In this document: one piece after another, positions 50,075 to 59,960 of the stretch
How positions within the stretch are numbered: position 1 is the stretch's first letter
Layout of the letters: each line of letters begins with the position of its first letter
Assembly: GCA_951406725.2 (NCBI GenBank)
Contig: OX597814.1
Coordinates: 69,688,001 to 69,752,000 of the forward strand
Direction: 5' to 3'
Length of the DNA: 64,000 nt
Origin: Octopus vulgaris
Taxonomy: Eukaryota
Notes under the pieces: model-generated
Seen by the model: the letters and a program-made list of their open reading frames with translations, nothing else
Database searches by the model: none
Told to the model about the DNA's origin: nothing
Made by a program: the position numbers and the translations under genes

Positions 50075-51798
50075 ACATGTATATAGATATTTATACACAT
50101 CAACACCTACACATACAACACATACGCATATGTATATATACATACGCACACCCATATATACATGTATCTGTATGTATTATCGCCCCTGCACATGCAGGTA
50201 TATATAGATTGAGTAAATACACACACACACACGTACATACGTATACACGCATATACATACAAATACAATTAAGTGATTATGATATTCAAGTATGAAAGAG
50301 GAATTAGATAGGGATTATGAGTTAAAATGTAGATTATTGGGATTACCTAAGGGGTATTATGAAAATATACTGTATGGTCATTTAGATTTGTGGTAGAATT
50401 TGAATGTGTGAAAAAACCAGTGGTTGCATGTACTTAGTGCTTCATTATGTTTATTTAGCAGTGTTGGAGAATTGTGCTTTAATAATGTTTACAAGAGAAA
50501 CTCTTTCATCTCTCGAATTTAAGATAGAACCATTCATTTTCATAATTATAAAAGACTCTTCAAGGCATAAAAGGCACGTTCTATTTCTAATCCTTTAAGA
50601 GGGGGCAGAAGAAACAATATTCCAAGAAATTGAGAAATTTATGTTGTCTCTTTTAAGTTGCCATACCTTTTTGGATAAACTAGTACTACATTCTTTCCGG
50701 GGATCATTAAAAGATGATTTATGATTATTCAAACGTAATTTAAGAGGGGTCTGTGTGCAACCTATATAATGAAACCTAGAGATCATGTGCTGTGATAGTA
50801 GCTTTATATACAACATTTTTCATTTTACAATTACCTTTAACCTCACAGGTGTTAGGGTTTCTAGTTACAATTGTTACTGGTATTAGGCGTACTATTGTTA
50901 TGTGTATGTGTGTTGATAGAGGTAGAGTTTGTGTGAGTATGGGAATCGTTGGTAGAAGATACAGAGCTATTTGAATAATTGGGGTTAGTATTAGTAGTAG
51001 AGAGGGTTAAATTCTTGCAGTAAAGATTTAGTTTTCTATTGTTAAAGGAAGAAATAATCCTAAATAAGTTAGGAGAAACAGAAAAGCCAAATCAGATCAT
51101 TCTGTTATTGAATATCCCAGCATACCTAGATTTACTAAAATTTCATTTAATAATAGAACAAATAGACTTTGAAAAATTAGACTTCAAATGTTTAGCAAAG
51201 AGAAATGTAATCCAAATGTTATTACTGTGTTTGTTATTGATATGGTGGTTTTTATTAGATAGGTCACCCGTTTGGAAGAAAGGTATAGGTATTTTTTTCC
51301 TCTTGTATTAACACCTTCACTAACAATGCTATTCTTCTTATTATTATTAATATTGTTATTATTATCTTTTTTAAACATACCCGTTAGCATTTCATTCTTA
51401 TTTTTATGTTATAGTTTCCCGCACATATAGATGTGCTTACACATTGATATGTCTGTCTTTTTTCCCTTTCGTCTCTCTTACCATTATTATTAGTTACTTT
51501 TTCTCCTTTTAAAACTTGCTTTACCCCATTTGTATTCTCCCTTATTGTTTCTTAATTTAATTTACTTTATTTTATTAAACTTTACAAAAATTCTTCACAC
51601 TGATGAAAATGACAATGCATAAATTTAATTATAATTACTATGGTTATAATTTTTTCTTACATATTTGTATTGTCCTTCGAAATGCACATATGTATTGAAT
51701 CCTATTTTGTATTAAATCTAATTTTGATTCAACATCTTTTTCTCCTCCATTTTTCTATAATTGTTTATGGTATTTTTATACCTTTAACGAGATTTTTC

Positions 51799-51850
<52 letters not shown>

Positions 51851-51949
51851 GCATGCATATATGTGTACATATTACATGTACATCTATATATATATATACA
51901 ACAACACATAAAATACAAAATACAGTTATATCTTGATATCACTAGTGAT

Positions 51950-52838
51950 AACAATACTCAAAATATATAACAGACTGGAATTGTAGGCCCGTCTCTTGCA
52001 ATTTCAATCAATTGTATCTTGTCCTCCCTCTTGTATAGAAGTGTGGCTACAATCCAGCCTACCTCTACTTCTGGGGGACATTTTAAATTTTTATACGGGA
52101 CGTCCTACATCCCAGATATAAAGGGAAAAGTAAAATATTTCCACTTTGCAAGGTTCGAGTCGAGTACTCCCTTGCACGCTCCGTTGACTTGAACCTTGCT
52201 TCTATTGTGGCGAATTTACCGCCTCTGGTTAGATACTTGGTATCTTTCATAGTCGCACCAAGATACTTTTTGATGGTGCTTTCCACCAGGTGTTCAAATC
52301 TATTTTTTCTCTACATTGTATACTTTATAAACAATAGTCTTTTCTTTAATTTTATTTTTTATTTCATTTGGTGGTGTTATCCTAGATTCACCGTCTTTGT
52401 CGGTGATCAATCTGAAATACGTTTGTATTTCTTCCATTTTAATTTTAATGAGTTCACGCCTGCCAACGGCTGCAGCGAAATTCATTTTTGGACTTTCTTC
52501 TATTGAAGACATTTTAACAAAAATGCTTCCATATAAACGGTGAAAATATTGTCGATTTCCTCAAACAGGGACTCAATTCAATTTTTAAACAATAACCAAA
52601 GCTCCTTCTCTCAAATGGGGAGGGTTATGGTTTACAATTATTTAGCAAATGCAACACAACAACGCTTCCCTTACGAAGAGCCAACAAACGTGATAACAAT
52701 AGTTAAACAGTAATAATAATAACAACAACCCTTACGGTGAATCAAAAAGCAGTACTCAGTTGAAGCTATAGTCCTTTATGGATCAGAAATAAGCCAACAG
52801 CAATACTCAGTAGAAGCGTCTGTTTGAGAAAACAGACA
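51950..52838 (-). mobile_element. L1/Tx1-like ORF1 (gag-like) 5' fragment
   Basis: ORFs 52300-52512 (NFAAAV motif) and 52083-52286. No ORF2 follows. Confidence 0.4.
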
Positions 52839-53189
52839 TTACATACAGCCAAACTTCATATAGATACTTAATGCTAGCTAATTAGCATATAATCTAATGT
52901 AAAAGCCGTGGTCAAGGGTATGTGCACAGCTCCATCTGTACTATTCCATTTCTGCACTTAAATTTTATTTTTTATTTATTCCCATTCATGTGAAACCACT
53001 TATTCAAGTTCAAGTCATTGATGCAATTTTATACCAATTGCTATTTTTACTTTTGTTATGTTACGATTATATTATACTTTAGTTTGATTTTAATTATTAC
53101 TTACTACATATAATTCAATTGTTATTATTATTTTTATTGTTAAAGTGAAAGTATCTGACATAAAACAGAGAGATGTTTTTGTTTCACTT

Positions 53190-53400
53190 TTAACACGTGA
53201 TACTGAAATAGTGGAGAAGATATGATATTACTATGGGCTCGCCCTAGGCAAGAAGTTGAACATTTTTTATGACCATGAAACTACATGGACCCAAAGTAAG
53301 GTATGTGTAAAATTTGAATGAAATTGGTTGTGTAGTTCTCAAGTTTTAGGGAAACACACAGACAGACAGACACAGATTCTCAGTTTTATATATAAAGAGA
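53190..53400 (-). mobile_element. Helitron-type non-autonomous element, 5' part
   Basis: Minus-strand start TCtctttatatataaaactgagaatctgtgtctgtctgtc resembles the start at 11153. 3' end uncertain. Confidence 0.5.
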
Positions 53401-53413
53401 TATGTATGTATAT

Positions 53414-55950
53414 ATCATCATCATTGTTCAATGTCCGTTTTCCGTGCTAGCACGGGTTGGACAGTTTGACCGGGGTCTGGGAAGCCATAAGGCTGCACCA
53501 GGCTCCAGTCAGATCTGGCAGTGTTTCTACAGCTTGATGCCCTTCCTAACGCCAACCACTCCGTGAGTGTAGTGGGTGCTTTTTATGTGCCACCAGCACA
53601 GGTGCCAGGGGAGTCTGGCAGTGACCACGATCAGTTGGTGCTTTTTACGTGCCACCGGCACAGAAGCCAGTCAAGGTGGCGTTGGCATCGACCACGTTCG
53701 GATGGTGCTTTTTACGTGCCACCGGCACAAGTATGACAACTACTATTTCTATTTGATATTTATTTCAATGTTCATGTACTTGACTCAATAGGTCTCCTCA
53801 AGCACAGCAGGTTTTTCTGAAATCCAAGGTACTTTGAATGGGCTGGAGCTATGCGAAACTGGTGCAGGAAGCAGCCCGGGTCTTTGCAGTCACAGCATAT
53901 CTCCAGAGATCTCGGTCCTTCATCATTGCCTCTGTGAGGCCCAACACTTTGAGGTCATCCCATGTCTTCCTGGGTCTACCTCTACTCCTGATACCTTCAA
54001 CTGTTTGGGAGCGGCACTTCTTCACACATCTCTCCTCATCCATCCACAGTACATGACCATACCATCACAAGCGTCTCTCTTGCACACCACATCTGATGCT
54101 TCTTATGTCCAGCATTTCTCTCAGGGTGCTTACACTCTGTCGTGCGTGCACACTGACGTTACACATCCAGTGGATCATGTTAGCTTCATTTCTTTCAAGT
54201 CTATGCATGTCCTCCACAGTCACAGCCCATGTTTCACTACTGTGAAGCATGATGGTTCGCACACATGCATCATACAATCTACCTTTCACTCTGAGCGAGA
54301 GACCCTTTGTCGCCAGTAGGGGTAGGAGCTTTCTAAACTTTGCCCAGGCTATTCGTATTCTAGTGGTAACACTCTCTGAGCATCCACCTCCACTACTAAC
54401 TTGGTCACCTAGGTAGCTGAAACTATCAACTACTTCCAGTTTCTCCCCCTGGAGTGTGATGGAATCTGTGGTGTCTATTGCCCCTGTGCATCTGCCGCAC
54501 ATGAAAGCTATCTTATCAGTTAATTTCCCTTTGATGTTGCTGCGCCTCTTATGCGTCCATAGCTTACACTGGGTACATCTTATGGAGTTTCTACCTACAC
54601 CTTTCCTACAGATCGAGTAGGGCCACCTGCCCAAGGGGGTGTGTGATGAATTCGCCTTTCTGCTTACTATAACTTTGGTCTTTGCTACATTTATTCTAAG
54701 GCTCTTTGATTCTAAAGCTTGCTTCCACACCCAAAATTCCTTTTCTAGTTCCGATAGTGATTCTGCTATGAGAGCCAGGTCATCAGCATAGAGGAGCTCC
54801 CAGGGGCAACCTGTTTTGAATTCCTCTGTTATTTGCCTGGAGGACTATGATGAATAAAAGGGGACTGAAGGTTGAACCTTGGTGGACACCTACTTCTACC
54901 CGAATTCTTCACTATACTCATTGCCAATCCTAACCTTGCTGACAGCCTCTCTGTATAGGGCCTGTACAGCCCTTATTAGCCATTCGTCAATCTCCAGTTT
55001 CTGCATCGACCACCAGATAAGGGATCGGGTGACCCTGTCAAAGGCTTTCTCCAAGTCCACAAAAGCTAAGTATAGGGGTTTATCTTTAGCTAGGTATTTC
55101 TCCTGCAGTTGTCGAACCAGGAATATGGCAACAGTGGTGCTTCTACCCGGCACAAAACTGAACTGCATCTCATCTAAGCAGACTCTCTCTCTAATGAGAT
55201 GGGCTATGACCCTCTCTGTGACCTTCATCACCTGATCCAACAGTTTAATACCCCTGTAGTTATTTCTATCTAGAGCATCACCTTTACCCTTGTAGCAGTT
55301 GACTATGGTGCTGCTATGCCAGTCATTGGGTATGACTCCATTATGAACTACCTGGTTTACAATGTGAGTGACTAGGCCATAGCCCACACAACCAGCTGTT
55401 TTAAGCATCTCAGCAGTGATTCCTGATGGGCCGGGGGCTTTTCCTGGTTTCATACCCTTAATTGCCTTAACTACTAGGGAGCTGTCTATTCGGATAGCTG
55501 GTCTCTCTACTGGGTCAACATTTGGCAGGCTCTCCTCCTCCCATTCATTCTCCACATTCAGCAGTCTTTCATAATGGCTTCTCCAAGCCTTTTTCTTTTC
55601 AGAAACATTGAAAGCAAGTGCACCATCATCCATGCGAACGCATTTCTCTCCTGTAACATCACTATTTTCTCTCGCACACTGTCTAGCAATCCGAAATACC
55701 TCAGTTCTTTGGTCCTCACATTGCCGGACATTGGTAAACTTCTTTTCTGCTTCGTCTTTGGCTATGTATACCTGCTGCCCAGCTTCCCTTTTGGCTACCT
55801 GGTACAGTTCCCTGCTACCCCCATCCCTCCAGGCTTTCCAGGCCTGTTTCTTTTCTCTAATGACTTTGTCTACTGTACTATTCCACCACCACGTAACTCT
55901 AGGTCTGGAAGGGACTTTGCACCATCGACAGACTTGATCTCTGGCACTCA
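53414..55950 (-). mobile_element. RTE-clade LINE, longest copy (pre-RT region, full RT, finger, 3'UTR), disrupted
   Basis: ORF 54896-56035 (KAPGPSG...NYRGIKLL...AFVDLEKAFDRV), ELLYADDL near 54780-54800, ORF 54065-54730, (GAT)n tail. Confidence 0.95.
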
Positions 55951-55954
55951 GCAA

Positions 55955-56017
<63 letters not shown>

Positions 56018-56021
56018 CATA

Positions 56022-57830
56022 TGGAAAAAAGTCAAGGTAGAAAATGCTAAAATTATTTTGTAAAAAACATTTCAGTACTGGTTTCAGTCATTGAGACTTT
56101 TTCAACTGGTAAGTATGGAAAACAAATTTAGGAAAAAGTTTTGTAAAAGAATATTTAAAGTGTATTCAAATACAAGGGGCATTTTCCTTCTCTGTCTCTT
56201 TTGTTTACTCTTGTGGGTTCACAGTCATTGTGAATTCTTAGCAGAGAAGGAGGAGGAGGAGAATGCATGACTTTCATGATAGTAGTAGGATGTTAAATGG
56301 TCAAGTGACCTAAAAGTGGTTCATTGTGGATTATAGCAGTGAATGGAGCTGTTTTTTAACGAATTCTGGGGTATCTCTTGTATGTATCATTTTTAATATT
56401 TGCACGTGTTTGTGTTATTCTAAGGCCATTGTGGATATGTCATTTGTTGTAGATGTGTTCAAAAGAGGTCTGTATTTTGTAATAAAGAGAGTCTCTTTAC
56501 TAATTCATTGGCTATAGGTTGTATCGTTCCCGAATTGGTAGATGGAAAAAATTCTGAAGCTTGGATTTTTGTTACTGGTGCAAATGTCGATGTGTTGGCT
56601 GAATGCTATTTTTCTGTTTTTGGAAATTTCGATCTGGGATCTGTGCAGAGCCATCCTTTGATGTAGACTGTTTTTTGTTTGGCTTATGTATTGCTCTCGA
56701 TACCTAGAGCAGGTTAGTGCATATATCAGGTTCTTTGAAGGACATGTGAAGCTGCTTTTCACTGTGAAACGTTGTCCCTGTTTGAAGGAGAACTCTGATC
56801 CCTCAATTAAATTGATACATATTCCAGAGTTGGGTCTTTTGCATATTTTTACTGATGGCTTCTGTGTTGTTGCTGAGCATATTCGGGCTTGTGTTAGGAG
56901 ACTTTTCATAGATTTGGTTTCTCTCTTGCTTTTTATGATGGTGTGCATTTGGAGGATTAAGTTCATTCTCTGGCCCTTTTTAGCAGGGTATACTTTAGTT
57001 CATGTAGTCCTGTGTCTCTGGTGCTTGCATTAGAAACTATAGTACATATCCTTTTTACTAGGTTGAAGGGGGATATTCAAGAGTTGAACAGTAGATATTG
57101 CTTGGAGTCTGTGGGCTTATAGTATATATCTGTTTCTATTACATTGTTAGATTTCTTAATGAGGATGTCAAGGAAGGGAAGTTGTTGATGGCTATATTCC
57201 ACCATGAATTGAATGTTTACATCAAGTCCATTTATAAGTGCTTGGAATTCTTTAAGTCTCTCTATACTTTCATGCCAAAGAATGAAATAGTAATCCAGGT
57301 ATCTCTTCCAGCTATTTTCTATGTAGAGGGAGAATGGGCTGCCATATTATTCTAGAACCTTACGATAAAGACTAGTTTCTAGATATCCCATGACTAGGTT
57401 AGCAAAGGAGTGGGGAGCCATTCTCGTACCCATCGCAGGCCCCGATTTTTGTCAATAGAAATCGTCTTTGAAGACGAAGTACTTATTCTCCAAGATGAAT
57501 TTTAACCCTTCTATCACGAATTCTTTTTTGATGCGATGTGGGAGTTTGTTGGCATAATTCTCTAGCCAGAATTGAATTGCCTCTATTCCTGGGCTGTGGG
57601 GAATATTGGAATAGAAGTTGACTACATCAAAAAATACTAGTAGAGTGTTTTTCTTTATTTTTCAGGAAGGTGAATGAGTATCCAGGTCATCCCTTATATA
57701 ACTTTTGACATGATTGGGGAATGGTTTTAAGAGAGTATCTAAAAAATGACTGAGGCGGTGGGTTTAGCATGCAGGTCCTGCTATTATAGGTCTCAATTTG
57801 AGGTCATTAGGAGTAGGGACTTTGATTATA
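56022..57830 (-). mobile_element. Penelope-like element (decayed RT, GIY-YIG, hammerhead)
   Basis: FDVVNFYSNIPH RT motif near 57600-57630, ORF 56505-56966 (GIY-YIG), and a 3' end homologous to 10900-11120. Confidence 0.9.
56073..56108 (-). ncRNA. Minimal type-I hammerhead motif, U3-A8 core variant
   Basis: Minus strand: cag-TTGAAAA-agtc tcaat gact-GAAA-CCAG-TA-ctg. Stem II covaries with the 11027 copy (ggtc/gacc versus agtc/gact). Confidence 0.75.
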
Positions 57831-58102
57831 TCTGATTATTGTGTCTGAAAGAACTCAAGAAAATCAACCCAAATCTCTTAATGTTTTTGAACAAATTTGA
57901 CTCAACATATGAACCCAATTGAGAGAACAATGAGGAAATTGATACGAAAAATACAACCTCTGAAATCGTTGGAAACCTTGGAAACTTATGCGAAACAATT
58001 ACAACATTTTTCTCTAACAATGTGAACCAAGGACCTCCAAACGAGACAGCATATGGGATCAATACTCTCACAACATACCAAATGAAACACCACATAGATG
58101 AA

Positions 58103-58501
58103 CCCCTAAATTTGGCTTTCGTGGACTTGGAAAAAGCCTTTAACAGGGTTCTCTGATCCCTTATCTGGTAGGCGATACAGAAGCTGGGGATTGACGAATG
58201 GTTAATGAGGGCTGTACAAGCCCCATACAGAGATGCCGTTAGTAAGGTTAAGGTTGGCATTGAGAATAGTGAAGAATTCCGGGTAGAATTAGGGGTCCAC
58301 CAAGGATCAGCCCCCTCTTATTCATCACAGTCCTCCATGCAGTAACAGAGGAATTGAAGATGGGTTGCCCCTGGGAACTCCTCTATGCTGACAACCTGGC
58401 CCTCATAGCAGAATCACTACCAGAACTAGTGAAGAAATTCCAGGTATGGAAGCAAGGTTTGAAGTCAAAGGACCTTAGAGTCTATGTCACCAAGACCAAA
58501 G

Positions 58502-58555
<54 letters not shown>

Positions 58556-58681
58556 CATACATATATATATACATACATATATATATATATACATACATAT
58601 ATATATATATACATACATATATATATATATACATACATATATATATATATATACATACATACATATATATATATATGTATG

Positions 58682-58719
<38 letters not shown>

Positions 58720-58775
58720 CATATAGTCCAACCCATGCTAGCATGGAAAGCGGACGCTAAACGATGATGATGATG
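58103..58775 (+). mobile_element. RTE LINE fragment; RT part and 3' tail separated by a (TA)n/(TACA)n tract
   Basis: [12 protein letters not shown] at 58354-58500, microsatellite 58506-58724, RTE terminus 58726-58775. Confidence 0.8.
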
Positions 58776-58886
58776 ATATATATATATATACATACATATA
58801 TAGTTAATCCAAACATGAAAACACAAAGAAAAAACACAACAACGCGAGGATGTGGAACAAGTATAGGAAAGTAAAAAGAAAGGAGG

Positions 58887-58921
58887 ATTTAACGTTTCTA
58901 GCAGAGCTCTTCGTCAGAAAC
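58887..58921 (-). ncRNA. Minimal type-I hammerhead motif
   Basis: Minus strand: gttt-CTGACGA-a-gagc tct gcta-GAAA-CGT-TA-aat, with an AACGTT palindrome. One stem II mismatch and a weak stem I. Confidence 0.7.
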
Positions 58922-59059
58922 ATGGGAAAAGGAAAGATCGAAGGAAGAGAAGACGGAGGAGAAAAATCGCCAACGTTACACACACGGTCACATTTTGAAT
59001 GACCGGAAGGGAATGGGTGAAGAAAAAGTTCTTTCAAAGGCAGGAGAGTACAAGAGAAG

Positions 59060-59960
59060 GAGATATGTGTGTGTGTGTGTGTGTAATGATAGCACGTGTG
59101 TCTGTATGTGTGTGTGTGTGTGTGTGTATGTGGTTGTGGCTGTTAATCTATGTGTGTGGTTGGGCTTAGTATCGTTTAAGGCCAAGGAAGAATGTAGTAG
59201 GAGCGGCTCTTGTGTCTACCTACCCATGTGCGTAGTAGAATGGTCAGTGGAAGGTACTGGTAGTTTGAAGTATGTGTGTGTGCATGTATGTATATGTATT
59301 GCGTGTATGTGTTTTGTTTACAGCGTGTGTATATATATGCATATGTATGTATGTGTTCGTGTGTGTACGTGTAGAGGTTGTGTGTGGGGTGAATAACTGT
59401 GCTTTACTTTGTGTATGTGTGCGTGTGTGCTTGTGCGTGTATGTATGAGTGTGTGCTGTGTGTATGGGAGGTATATGTGGTTTATTTGCATGTGTGTGTG
59501 TGTGTGTGTGTATGTGCGTGCGTGTCGTATGTGTGTGTGTGCATGTGCATATGTGCATGCATGTGTATATGTGTGTGTGAATGTGGAGATGTGTGTCAGG
59601 TTGTGTGCGTGTGTGTGAACATGGAGATGTGTGTCAGGTTGTGTGCATTTTGTTGTGTGTACGTGTGTGTGCTTGAGTATGTGCATGTATGTGGTTGTGT
59701 GTACGTTTATATGTGTGTGTGTCTAAAGGTATGTGTGTCTGTGTGTGCATGGGGTTGTGTGGGATAGGTTTCTGTGCATTCTTGTGCATGTGTATGTGTG
59801 CGTGTGTTTGTGTACGTGTGTGTGTGTGCGCATGGGTGTATGTGTGTGTGTGTATGTATGTGTGTATATGTGCATGTATGTATGTTGTATGTGTATTGTG
59901 TGTGGGAGGTATATGTGCATTTGTGGATACGTAAGTATGTTTGTGTATGTGTTCGTGTAT
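59060..59960. repeat. Degenerate (GT)n low-complexity tract inside the PLE 3' region
   Basis: Direct reading; source of many C/V/H/T-rich spurious ORFs. Confidence 0.9.

Larger units (their letters stand above)
45930..51400 (-). mobile_element. Penelope-like element 3' part, interrupted by pogo and piggyBac insertions
   Basis: ORF 50595-50816 (YIGCTQTPLKLRLNNHKSSF...STSLSKKVWQLK...ISWNIV) is GIY-YIG-like. A low-complexity 3' region appears to continue to the hammerhead at 45995-46042. Confidence 0.65.
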
